Assembly (NCBI RefSeq): GCF_035285525.1
Contig: NZ_JAYKGW010000058.1
Coordinates: 1-32,000, forward strand
DNA: 32,000 bases
DNA from: Okeania sp.
GTDB lineage: Bacteria; Cyanobacteriota; Cyanobacteriia; Cyanobacteriales; Microcoleaceae
Direction: 5' to 3'
Shown here one piece after another: positions 9,193-18,152 of this stretch. Both the position numbers and the translations under genes were made by a program. Position 1 is the first letter of the stretch. Every line of letters starts with the position of its first letter. The notes beneath the pieces were generated by a model that was not told where the DNA came from, made no database searches, and saw only the letters and a program-made list of their open reading frames with translations.

Positions 9193-9633
9193 TTAACTTG
9201 CTTTATAATGTTCAACTTCTACAGTAGTATGAACATTTCCCCGTGGAAAAAAATCACCTTGAATTTTTACTTCTAAAGGATCGCAAGCTGCCACAAAATC
9301 ATCTAAAATTTGATTCACTGATTCTTCATGGGAAATGTAGCGATCGCGATAACTATTGATATACAGTTTTATCGCTTTCAACTCTACTACTCGTTCATTG
9401 GGAACATATTTTATGTTGATTGTGGCAAAATCTGGATAACCAGAAAAAGGACATTTACAAGTAAATTCTGGTAAACTTATATTTATTTCATAACGTCGTC
9501 CGATACGAGGATTAGGAAAAGTAATTAACTCTCCCTCCAATATATTTCTTTCCCCATATTTAAGTTCTGGCGTATTTGTATCTTGAGATACTGCACCAGT
9601 ATTTTCATAATTATTCATATAAAATATATCCAA
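9193..9633 (-). CDS. queF: NADPH-dependent 7-cyano-7-deazaguanine (preQ0) reductase, type I
   Basis: 146-aa ORF with the QueF signature EFTCKCPFSGYPDFATINIKYVP, which includes the catalytic Cys. The downstream ISHEE segment fits the tunnelling-fold family. An alternative start is Met6 (9618). Confidence 0.9.
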   Translation of the reverse strand: MDIFYMNNYENTGAVSQDTNTPELKYGERNILEGELITFPNPRIGRRYEINISLPEFTCKCPFSGYPDFATINIKYVPNERVVELKAIKLYINSYRDRYISHEESVNQILDDFVAACDPLEVKIQGDFFPRGNVHTTVEVEHYKAS

Positions 9634-9990
9634 ATAATAAAAAATAAAATAGACTTCTTTCCTTTAGAATCAGAAGTCTTTTTGAAGTCAGAAGTTAAAT
9701 TTGAGCTTTGTTATTTTGATAAAATATTCAATAATTGTAACTTGACGAATTTCTATTTTATTGCTCTAATTGGACTAATTATCCCATCCGGAGCCAAGAT
9801 AGGAACATTAAAAAATTCTCAAACTGTCTCAAACATTACTTCTGATTTGCCTATAGTACCATATCAATAAAGTGGACATCTTGTTCACCCAAAAATCTGA
9901 GGAACAGCCAAGATATCCATTCCCAAAAACTATTAAAATTATCTCGCATCTCTGCAACGTCCATCAAGTTAGTATTAATGTAGTAACATA

Positions 9991-10578
9991 ATGCAAAATA
10001 TTAATATATCTGGTCAAAATAAGCCCAATTCAAAAAATAACTATTCTCCATCTGTACCGATTTCTGTATACAGAGAAGCTACTGCTGAACTAGAAGCAAC
10101 TCAACTCAAGTTAGAATCTCTCAAAGTCCATAACGAACAGCTAACCCAGCAAAATCAAAAACTGAGAATAGAAATTGAAAAAGTGGTTAATTCTGCAATG
10201 CAGTTACAAGAAGCTCTAAATACCGCCCAGTCAGCAGCTCATCAAATAGCCCCCCCACAAATAACTTCTTTTCCTAATTCCCAATCTAACTTTAATACAG
10301 TTAATTCTAATTATTTAAGCTCTAGCTTTAAAGTAGATTCTCCTGAAATATCATCATCCTCTCCTTCTCTACCATTTACCGAACCTCAACCAACAGAGCC
10401 AGATTTTCCAGAACATCTATTTACAGAAGAACCAGATCAAAATCGCTACAATAGATTTTCTAGTTCTACACAACTATCTAACTTAAATGGAATTTGGTTA
10501 GTAGTTGCTGTTTTTCTAATTGTAATTGCCGCATTTGGTGCTGGTTATTTGGTAGTCCGACCAATTTTCCAGCGATAG
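9991..10578 (+). CDS. Hypothetical tail-anchored coiled-coil protein
   Basis: 195-aa ORF with a heptad-like segment (ELEATQLKLESLKVHNEQLTQQNQKLRIEIEKV), a low-complexity S/P/N-rich linker, and one C-terminal TM (IWLVVAVFLIVIAAFGAGYLVV). Confidence 0.65.
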   Translation: MQNINISGQNKPNSKNNYSPSVPISVYREATAELEATQLKLESLKVHNEQLTQQNQKLRIEIEKVVNSAMQLQEALNTAQSAAHQIAPPQITSFPNSQSNFNTVNSNYLSSSFKVDSPEISSSSPSLPFTEPQPTEPDFPEHLFTEEPDQNRYNRFSSSTQLSNLNGIWLVVAVFLIVIAAFGAGYLVVRPIFQR

Positions 10579-10831
10579 ATAAAACTTAATTTAGCTTGAC
10601 TAAATACATCAAAAGTGATATTAAGAACAAACTAACTCATAATATATAGTTGAAAAGTTAAATGTCATAGAAATAACAAAGGAAGGCTTAATCTTGCTAC
10701 GTTGAATTTCGGCAACAGCTAAAGCCAATAAGATTGATTATATTGATATGTGCAACATTTAACCTTCCTCAACCTACTCAACATTGAGCAAACTTCAGAT
10801 AATTATAGGAGTCGAAGCACAGATTAGGATA

Positions 10832-10900
10832 GGGCTAGCTGATTAAATCTAAAAGGATTAACAGACAAAGCTTAAAGGCTTTTTCTAGTCACAAAAAGTG
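10832..10900 (-). repeat. Copy A of a diverged intergenic repeat family (inverted relative to copies B and C)
   Basis: The reverse complement aligns with 11711-11777 at roughly 75% identity by eye. The shared core is AAAGCTTTGTCTGT.AAT.CTTTTAG.TT.A.TCAGC. Confidence 0.5.
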
Positions 10901-11146
10901 TGAAAAAACTACTAAATTAACCTGGAAAACTCTGGATTTTTTCTCACAAGACTTGGAAAAATTTAGAAAAATTAACGACTGTAACTATTGCCTATTGCCT
11001 ACCTTCACCAACATACTTTTTCAGCCAGCCCTAAGATATTTATAAAAAATGCTCGAACCAGGTTAGGAACTACTTCTGAGTTCTAAATTTTGTACTTCGT
11101 CAGGCCAACAACTTCTCTATCTAACTTGCGTGTAGAGCCATAATGC

Positions 11147-11563
11147 CTACTTCAACTCGACTGGCGCTAAACTTTTACTACTGTAATTCAGTGTAGCAGT
11201 ATCTTGAACTCCCATCTCAGGATCAAAACCGCGCTTAATCTCTGTCAATTTTATTTGTTTAGCTTGGAGAGCGGTTTCTAGGATTTCTATAGCCTTGTGT
11301 GGGTTGCCATGGCCACAGAAAAATAAGTCAGCAGCAAAATAACCTAACTCAGGCCATGTGTGGATGGCGATATGAGATTCTGCTAATGTTGCCGTTGCCG
11401 TCACCCCATGAGGGCTAAACTGATGAACACATAAATCTATGAGGGTTGCTCCTCCTGCTGAAATTGCATTCATTAGAGAGCGACGTATGCGTTCTGGGTC
11501 GTTGAGTAGCTCTGCGGGAGATTGCCAAGCATCAACTACTAGATGGGTTCCCAATTGTTTCAT
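11147..11563 (-). CDS. speH: S-adenosylmethionine decarboxylase proenzyme (small, pyruvoyl-dependent type)
   Basis: 138-aa ORF. The self-processing and active-site region LAESHIAIHTWPE is the hallmark of the short bacterial/archaeal AdoMetDC class. Confidence 0.9.
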   Translation of the reverse strand: MKQLGTHLVVDAWQSPAELLNDPERIRRSLMNAISAGGATLIDLCVHQFSPHGVTATATLAESHIAIHTWPELGYFAADLFFCGHGNPHKAIEILETALQAKQIKLTEIKRGFDPEMGVQDTATLNYSSKSLAPVELK

Positions 11564-11710
11564 TCTGCGCGGTTATACCTCCACCCGATAAAGTATCCTT
11601 ATTGTACCAATATATCACAAATCACAAAAATTTTTAATTTGTTAATAATTAGGTAGTTAGGAATTATATCAAATCTAGACCTTTTTAAACCTTTTTGACC
11701 TAAAAACTGA

Positions 11711-11777
11711 CACTTTTTCCAGACTTAAAGTTCCTAAAAGCTTTGTCTGTCAATACTTTTAGGTTGATTCAGCCCGC
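11711..11777 (+). repeat. Copy B of the diverged intergenic repeat family
   Basis: Aligns with the reverse complement of 10832-10900 and, more weakly, with 13305-13372. Confidence 0.5.
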
Positions 11778-11998
11778 CATACTTATGGTTTGCTGAATAA
11801 ATAATCTCAAAGTATTGATCAATAAAGGTTTCAGTCTTTGTAGAATCCGAAAAAGTGCAAGTTTTGAGGCTGATCAAGTTCAGGTATCTAAGCATTTTAG
11901 GTTAACTAGGACAAAAAATTAAGGAACTATTTTTTCAACTACTTCTTCTTTAACTTTCCGCTTCTCCTTACTCTTAACTACTCTCTACTCTCTACTCT

Positions 11999-13054
11999 CT
12001 ACTTATGACTTGAACCATTGGGCATAATTGCTTCTTGGAGACAAACATCTTGAAGGCTAGAAAAATTTAAACTTGATCCTATCAAATTAGCACGGCACAA
12101 ACAAGCTTCTTGTAAAATCGCACCTTTGAGAGAGACTAACAATAAACCCGCACCACAAAGATTAGCTTTTTGTAAGTTAGTCCCCCGTAGATCGGCTTCC
12201 AATAAGTTTGCACCTGAAAGATTTGCTGCTTTCAAGTTAGCTCCTCGCAAGTTAGTTTTACTTAAGTCCGCGGCCCGTAAGTCTGCCTGGTGTAGAATCA
12301 CACCATCCAGATTTGCCCCACTTAAATTTGCCCCACTTAAATTAACCTCACTCAAATTAGCCCCACTCAAATTGGCATTACTGAGGTTGGCACCCTGCAA
12401 GTCTGCTCCAGTTAAGTCTGAAGCACAAAGGTTAGCTTCTACCAGTGTTGCTTCTGTTAAATCTGCCTCGATTAGTTCTGCACCACTAAGATTACCTTGT
12501 TGTAGATAAGCTCGAATTAAACTTGCCTGATTTAGTATAGTGCCATTTAGGTCTACTTGACTCATTATTGCCCGGTTCAGAGTTGCCTGTGTTAAATCGG
12601 TACCACAGAGAATACTATGACTGAGAGTCGCTCCTGTTAGATTGGCTTTTGTTAATTTGGAGGAATTTAGTAAACAAGTTCCGACCATACTTGTGCCAAT
12701 GAGAATGGCTCTGGTTAAATCAGCTTCTGAGAAAATGGCCCCACTGAGAATAGCCCCACTTAAATCAGCTTCTATAAGTGTGGTTTTAGTCAAACTAGCA
12801 GCACTTAAATTAGCTTCAATTAAATTAGTTTGAGACATATTAGCATGACTAAAATCTACATTATTTAAGTTGGCTCCAATTAGTTTAGTTTTAGCTAAGT
12901 AGGAATTTCTGAAACTAGCATTACTTAAATTACTACGATTGAGGTTGGCTTCACCTAAATTAACTTCTATTAGGTTTACTCCCTGAAAATTTCTTTCTCC
13001 TTTGGAGTGTCTAACTAATAATTCATTCGCGCTTAAAAGCTCACTGACATTCAT
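11999..13054 (-). CDS. Pentapeptide-repeat protein
   Basis: 351-aa ORF made almost entirely of A(D/N)LxX pentapeptides, for example ANLSNANLSGANLSEVNLSGANLSGANLDG. Its stop codon lies inside a CTCTACT heptamer array (11975-12001). Confidence 0.9.
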   Translation of the reverse strand: MNVSELLSANELLVRHSKGERNFQGVNLIEVNLGEANLNRSNLSNASFRNSYLAKTKLIGANLNNVDFSHANMSQTNLIEANLSAASLTKTTLIEADLSGAILSGAIFSEADLTRAILIGTSMVGTCLLNSSKLTKANLTGATLSHSILCGTDLTQATLNRAIMSQVDLNGTILNQASLIRAYLQQGNLSGAELIEADLTEATLVEANLCASDLTGADLQGANLSNANLSGANLSEVNLSGANLSGANLDGVILHQADLRAADLSKTNLRGANLKAANLSGANLLEADLRGTNLQKANLCGAGLLLVSLKGAILQEACLCRANLIGSSLNFSSLQDVCLQEAIMPNGSSHK

Positions 13055-13304
13055 AAAATAAATCTGTTAGTTTATCTGAATTTGTGTTGATATGTTTAGG
13101 GTTTCCGTATGGAAAGTCTTTTGGCTCTTGGTAGGGAGTAGGGAGTAGGAAATAGGGAGTAAACCCACCCCTAACCCCTCCGATGGAGGGGAAGTCAAAA
13201 GGAATAGGAGTTATAAAGGAATTAGTTGTCAGAATTGTCTCTCAATTTTTCTGCCAAGTATCAGGCTTTTGTGCTAACTTTTTTAACCTTTTTAACCTCA
13301 AAGC

Positions 13305-13372
13305 TGGTACTTTTGACCTACCTAAAAATCTTAAAGCTTTTACCTATCAAAACTTTGATATTTCCAGCCCGC
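13305..13372 (+). repeat. Copy C of the diverged intergenic repeat family
   Basis: Shares AACCTTTTT.ACCT, AAAGCTTTT and CAGCCCGC blocks with copy B in the same order. This is the weakest of the three matches. Confidence 0.4.
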
Positions 13373-14001
13373 TTGCCCTATTTAATTTCCTCAGAACTGG
13401 AAAAAAAATTAAGTTCTCAGGATTTTTTGGCGACTCAAACTTTCAAAATAAATTTATGTTTTGTTAATGCTAAACAAGGCTGATCGGCGCAGCCCTAATC
13501 AGGGATGTCCTAGATTACTTATGTCAGTAATGATAAGTTTTAGGTGAGAAAAATTCTTACCTAAATGAATAATTATCAGTTGTTGTATTTACCAAATTAA
13601 AGGATGATTATGGTATTTCCTTGCAGTCTAGAGACCCTTATGTGGCTGCGATGGGGGTCTGTTCAGCTAGTGTCACCTCCCTGATAATTAATGGGAGGAC
13701 TAGATTGCAAGTTGTTATTTAGCTGCACAATCATAAGGCTACTAGGTTCGTCTGAAGTTGAACCTTGAATATCTGATGTTTTTATACTGCATTTATTGCC
13801 TATATTTACTTGATTCATCAGTGCCTAATTTTTGTTATAATTGGCTGCTATGTGATACAGATCATAACTAATAATTGATGATTAGACAAATTTTGGTTCG
13901 ACCAATGAGTTGAAAGTAAGCTTCAGACATTTCTAAAAATAGTCTGTAAAATATACTGTTTGTTTTTATTGAAAAATATTTTTGTAAATTTTTTAATGAT
14001 C

Positions 14002-14103
14002 AGGACTTACACAAAACAACCCAAAAAACCAGGTTTATTGCCTTGATTATTGTTATTCAAGCCATGAAATTTCCTATGATAACTAGGCTTCTGCTTAAGT
14101 CCT
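14002..14103. mobile_element. MITE-like element (AGGACTTACACA ... CTGCTTAAGTCCT)
   Basis: Inverted termini read directly. It ends 2 nt from the hrcA stop codon. Confidence 0.6.
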
Positions 14104-14105
14104 GA

Positions 14106-15224
14106 TTAATTAATTCCTATTGTTTCCGAAAGAAAATCGGCAGTAGACTTAACTAATGCGATCGCATTTTCATACACCATTCGAGTTGGCCCTAAGACTC
14201 CCACACTACCCAAAGGAATTTTTCCATTTCCATAAGTTGCAGAAACCAAAGCACAACCTTGAATAGTTTCCAAAGGATTTTCTGAACCAATTCTAACTTT
14301 CACCTGCCGATCTGTTTTTTTGGCAGCTCCTCCAAATATTAAAGGCCAAAGTTCATCTTGTTTTTCTTCCAGCAGTTGAATAATAGTTTGGACCTGTTCA
14401 AGTTGAGAAAATTCTGGTAAACGTAGTGCTTCTGCCATACCACTAATCAAAATTTTAGTATAATCTGGTGTCTGACAACGAAGGGTTAAATTTTCCAACA
14501 GATTTTTGATTAATTCAGCATATTTCTCAAACTCCCTATCTAGCTCACTCCAGTCTAATAAAGATAATTCTCCGATGGCTCGCCCCTTTAGTTGACTATT
14601 CAAAAAATTTGATAATATTTGTAGCTCTCCATCAATATCTTCTAAATAGGGGACTACCAAATTATCCTCTAAATTTGTGCGATCGCACATCTGATTTATT
14701 GTCCTCAAATCCATAATCAGTGACTGAGTTTCATAAGTATTTGTCACTACAATTAACATAATTTTTTCTGCCTCCACCTGTACGAGTTGTAGATGTCGTA
14801 ACTTGGCCGTGGAAGTTTGAGGCATTGTCACCAAAGAAATATAACCACTGAGAGTCGCTAAAATTTGAGCGGCTCCTTGAAGTACGGCCTCTAGGCGACC
14901 TTCTGGCCAATTTAGTTGTTTTTGTAAAAGTTCTTCAACTTCAAAAGACAGATTTTCTGAAGGTTTAATTAATTGATCGACATATATGCGGTAGCCTGAG
15001 TCTGATGGAACTCTTCCAGCCGAAGTGTGAGGTTGATACAAAAGTCCACTTTTCTCTAAAAAGCTCATCCCATTGCGGATAGTCGCTGGACTAACACTGA
15101 GATTATACTCTTCTACTTCTAGAAGGGATTTGGAGCCAACTGGCTCTGCCGTCGCAATATAGTGGCGAACTGTTGCCCAGAGAATATGTTGATGGCGATT
15201 ATTAAGCTTCACTTGCACTGACAT
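14106..15224 (-). CDS. hrcA: Heat-inducible transcription repressor HrcA
   Basis: The N-terminal winged-helix segment [29 protein letters not shown] and the overall length fit HrcA. I place the start at Met23 of the tracked ORF (ATG at 15224), because the upstream 22 codons run into a GTCAAAA heptamer array. Confidence 0.88.
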   Translation of the reverse strand: MSVQVKLNNRHQHILWATVRHYIATAEPVGSKSLLEVEEYNLSVSPATIRNGMSFLEKSGLLYQPHTSAGRVPSDSGYRIYVDQLIKPSENLSFEVEELLQKQLNWPEGRLEAVLQGAAQILATLSGYISLVTMPQTSTAKLRHLQLVQVEAEKIMLIVVTNTYETQSLIMDLRTINQMCDRTNLEDNLVVPYLEDIDGELQILSNFLNSQLKGRAIGELSLLDWSELDREFEKYAELIKNLLENLTLRCQTPDYTKILISGMAEALRLPEFSQLEQVQTIIQLLEEKQDELWPLIFGGAAKKTDRQVKVRIGSENPLETIQGCALVSATYGNGKIPLGSVGVLGPTRMVYENAIALVKSTADFLSETIGIN

Positions 15225-15277
15225 GGGTGTAGGATAAGAATATCGGTAAGCTACCAGAAAATATAGTGCTACGAGCA

Positions 15278-15308
15278 AGTCAAAAGTCAAAAGTCAAAAG
15301 TCAAAAGT
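15278..15308. repeat. STRR-like heptamer array (AGTCAAA)x4
   Basis: Read directly. It creates the artificial N-terminal extension of the hrcA ORF call. Confidence 0.9.
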
Positions 15309-15510
15309 AATTTTTGACTGAGTTTGAGCATTTATAAATGTCTTGACCTTTGTTTCGACTGCTATAACAGAAAAATGATCTTAATAATTTAATCATAACA
15401 TCAAGGTTATTTTTCTTAATATTATTTAGTGGTTTATTATGATATAATTTAGCCTGTTTTATTTAGGAACTATGTAGCAAAACGAACTTTCCTAATCATA
15501 ATCTATATAA

Positions 15511-15640
15511 AGGGAACAGGGAACACAGAAGGTGGGAACAGCGGATCTGGGAACAGCGGATCTGGGAACAGTTAGAAAAGTGTTTCCGTGGTCTTTGATT
15601 GATCATCAGTCCATGTCCTAATCACCTTGTCGGTTGCTAT
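15511..15640. repeat. GGGAACA-rich dispersed element (uninterrupted paralogue of 7631-7855)
   Basis: GGGAACAGTTAGAAAAGTGTTTCC...CATGTCCTAATCACCTTGTCGG aligns with the flanks of the 7631-7855 copy. Confidence 0.75.
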
Positions 15641-15791
15641 AAGAGCTTACCTAGAAACCGAGTTTATATAAGCTATTTGGTATCTTTGCACGCGGTAGGG
15701 GTTTTTGACAAAAGTGACAATCCACCCCTAACCTATCCCAGGAGGGAAAATTAAACCGGTTTCTTGTTTTAGTGCCTAAGTTTTGCTATAG

Positions 15792-16127
15792 CTAATAGCG
15801 AGGTATACTTTGATCTACAACTAATGAGTAAGCATCTATACCACCAATAATATTTTTAACATTAGTAAAACCTTGACTCTTCAACCATTGGCACATTTGA
15901 GCAGAACGCATCCCATGGTGACACAAAACCAAGGTTTCTTGATCGGGGTCTAAATGAGTGTATATTTGTTCTGACCATTCACGAAACTGACTTAAAGGTA
16001 AAACTTTAAAACCTTTGATAAAAGCTATTTGGACTTCTTGGGGTTCCCGAACATCAACTAATTGTAAGTTTTCAGGAATACCATCTATTAGGCGACTTGC
16101 TAACTCTTGAACACTAATTTGAAGCAT
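15792..16127 (-). CDS. Single-domain rhodanese-like sulfurtransferase
   Basis: Active-site loop CHHGMRS. I place the start at the internal Met (MLQISVQELA, ATG at 16127). The upstream 50 codons of the tracked ORF cross a dispersed hairpin repeat and overlap the GT2 gene. Confidence 0.85.
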   Translation of the reverse strand: MLQISVQELASRLIDGIPENLQLVDVREPQEVQIAFIKGFKVLPLSQFREWSEQIYTHLDPDQETLVLCHHGMRSAQMCQWLKSQGFTNVKNIIGGIDAYSLVVDQSIPRY

Positions 16128-16251
16128 AGGTTGTTGAAAAAATTGTTGTGGTATTTTTAGCGCTAGGGAATAGAGAACACTTAACTGGGAACAGTGCAAT
16201 GTAGGTTGGGTTTCGTTCCTCAACCCAACATTGACAAACAAGATACTTCTA

Positions 16252-17199
16252 CTACAAAGATTTATTTCTCTCCCCAAAACCTACTGCTTCAGATAAAGTA
16301 TAAAGGGGTCTACCTTTTACTTCTTCATAAATCCTACCAATATATTCTCCTAAAATTCCAATACTTACTAATTGTACTGCTCCTAAAAAGAAAATTGTCA
16401 TCATAATAATTGCCAAACCTGTTAAAGGAGATTCTGGATAAAAAATCCGCCAATATAAAACTAAACAAGCCATCAATAAAGATACACAAGCAGCAAATAA
16501 TCCTACATAAGTAGACAATCGTAAAGGTACTTTAGAAAAAGACACTAAACCATTAATAGCTAATGCTAAAGATTTGGCAAAAGTATATTGAATCTCTCCA
16601 GCAAAACGAGGTTCTCTTTCAAATTTTACTGCTGTTTGTCGGAACCCTATCCATGCTCTTAAACCCCGAATATAACGATTAGTTTCCGGCATTTTATTTA
16701 ACAAATCTACCACAGATTTATCCATCAAACAAAAATCACCCGTATCAGTCGGAATTTCCACATCTGCTAAACTTCTTAAAACCCGATAATAAACAAAAGC
16801 CGGAAACTTTTTTAACCAACTTTCTTGATGTCTTTTTATCCGTTGAGCATAGACAACTTGATAACCTTGTCGCCACTTTTCAATTAAGCTAGGAATTAAT
16901 TCTGGTGGGTCTTGTAAATCTCCATCTAAAACTACAATAACTTTACCTCTAGCAAAATTTAAACCAGCAGTAACAGCAATTTGATGTCCGAAGTTACGAG
17001 CAAAACTTAAATAGCAAACTCTAGAGTCTTTTTCACGGAATTCTCGGAATATTTGGAGAGAGCGATCGCGACTACCATCGTTAATCAAAATTAATTCTGC
17101 ATCTCCATCCATGTTGTTCATTATTGTACTGATACGCCGATATAATTCGGGGAGATTTTTCTCTTCATTATATATAGGAATTACTAAAGAATATTTCAT
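16252..17199 (-). CDS. Family-2 glycosyltransferase, polyprenyl-phosphate sugar transferase type (GtrB/ArnC/DPM1-like)
   Basis: 315-aa ORF with [15 protein letters not shown] and the DxD-type [10 protein letters not shown] motifs. Two C-terminal TM helices follow ([19 protein letters not shown] and [28 protein letters not shown]), as in GtrB/ArnC-like enzymes. Confidence 0.88.
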   Translation of the reverse strand: MKYSLVIPIYNEEKNLPELYRRISTIMNNMDGDAELILINDGSRDRSLQIFREFREKDSRVCYLSFARNFGHQIAVTAGLNFARGKVIVVLDGDLQDPPELIPSLIEKWRQGYQVVYAQRIKRHQESWLKKFPAFVYYRVLRSLADVEIPTDTGDFCLMDKSVVDLLNKMPETNRYIRGLRAWIGFRQTAVKFEREPRFAGEIQYTFAKSLALAINGLVSFSKVPLRLSTYVGLFAACVSLLMACLVLYWRIFYPESPLTGLAIIMMTIFFLGAVQLVSIGILGEYIGRIYEEVKGRPLYTLSEAVGFGERNKSL

Positions 17200-17240
17200 A
17201 AAAAAAGAAGGATTTTCAAGTATAGGGAAAAAAATTATAT
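17200..17240 (-). promoter_or_regulatory. Conserved leader element upstream of the GT2 gene (paralogue upstream of the RTX gene)
   Basis: On the coding strand: TTTTTCCCTATACTTGAAAATCCTTCT-N6-ATG. The partner at 31399-31437 reads TTTTTCCTACACTTGAAAACCCTTCT-N6-ATG. About 24 of 27 positions match and the spacing to the ATG is identical. Confidence 0.5.
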
Positions 17241-17455
17241 CAATAATAACACTTATGTAACAGCCACAAATTTCTCCTTTGTGAAAATTTTATATTTTTT
17301 GAATCATACATAATTACGACTTATACACCCAAAGGAAAAAACTGGTTGATTACCCTAATTGTTGTTAAATCGCAAAATTGAATTGCAGTAGGGGGGATAA
17401 ATATTTACAACTGATAACTGATAACTAAAATTACTTACCCTACTTTTAGTTTATT

Positions 17456-17755
17456 TTAGTCTTCATCTAGAAATTCTGTGGCTATTGTATTAAGTCGTTC
17501 ATTACTTTCTTGAGTGATTTTTAATAATCCAGCACTAACCATTTGTGATGCAAGTCCGCCTGCAGTTGTGGCTGTTCCTTCTGAAGTTTTTCCTGATCAT
17601 AAAAGTCCAACTCCTGTTACGCTAATAATTGCACTAATTATAGTTAAAATTAGGGCAATATTAAAGCTTAATTTTGCTTGACGGAGGCGTTCTTGAATAA
17701 CTATTTTTTCCATTGTGTCAGGGTTATGGTTTTGATTATTATTTAATTTAGCCAT
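17456..17755 (-). pseudogene. Small predicted 2-TM protein interrupted by an in-frame TGA at codon 53
   Basis: MAKLNNNQNHNPDTMEKIVIQERLRQAKLSFNIALILTIISAIISVTGVGLL-TGA-SGKTSEGTATTAGGLASQMVSAGLLKITQESNERLNTIATEFLDED-TAA. This is a 100-codon frame with a single internal stop at 17597-17599. Its ATG overlaps the stop of a start-less 59-codon HTH-like frame (17743-17922). Confidence 0.5.
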
Positions 17756-17936
17756 GACGAAAACTCCTCTGTTAATTCCTGGTTTTTTTCTACAATTTTA
17801 TTAAAATATACTGATGATTGAGTTTCAGCTTGTTGATAAAAAATAATTTGTCGGACTTGTGACTGAGTTAATTGAAAATTTTTGGCTAATGACTTAGTAA
17901 TGCTAAAATGTAGAGTCAGTATTTATAGACTTATCC

Positions 17937-18122
17937 GTAAGCATTCAGCAGTCAGCATTTAGCAGTCAGCTATTTATTTTAGTTTGAGATAAAAGCTTGG
18001 CTTTGTTGAGGTAAATTGAATCTTACTATCAAAGCCGACTTTATAGCTTATATTTATTTAAAGCTATTTTAAAGTTTTGATAAGATTTGCTGTTAGCTGA
18101 CGGCTAATAGCTTTTTGCTTAC
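17937..18122. mobile_element. MITE-like element, second family (GTAAGCATTCAGC...TTTGCTTAC)
   Basis: Same termini and AGCTGA-type subterminal repeats as 5127-5329. It fills the divergent promoter region between the small minus-strand genes and the AAA-like gene. Confidence 0.55.
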
Positions 18123-18152
18123 ACTTATTCAGCTTTTATTATAGTTAAAGTT

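Noticed and set aside
9634-9990. preQ1 riboswitch upstream of queF
   Set aside because: I looked for the compact preQ1-type stem-loop followed by an A-rich tail and for its conserved core. I found only AT-rich sequence with a short direct repeat (GACTTCTGA). An Infernal scan would be decisive.
12126-12833. Antisense ORFs (127 aa and 63 aa) inside the pentapeptide-repeat gene
   Set aside because: This is the mirror-image low-complexity translation of the pentapeptide repeats. The minus-strand ORF has the canonical A(D/N)LxX pattern and explains the region.
15225-15520. CIRCE operator (TTAGCACTC-N9-GAGTGCTAA) near hrcA
   Set aside because: There is no match to either half-site in the hrcA upstream region or elsewhere in the window. 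CIRCE elements are expected at groE and dnaK promoters, which are not in this window.
15792-16277. Long N-terminal extensions of tracked ORFs: rhodanese to 16277, hrcA to 15290, RTX protein to 31455
   Set aside because: The extensions run through dispersed repeats or heptamer arrays, and in the rhodanese case overlap the GT2 gene. Internal Met codons give family-typical N-termini.
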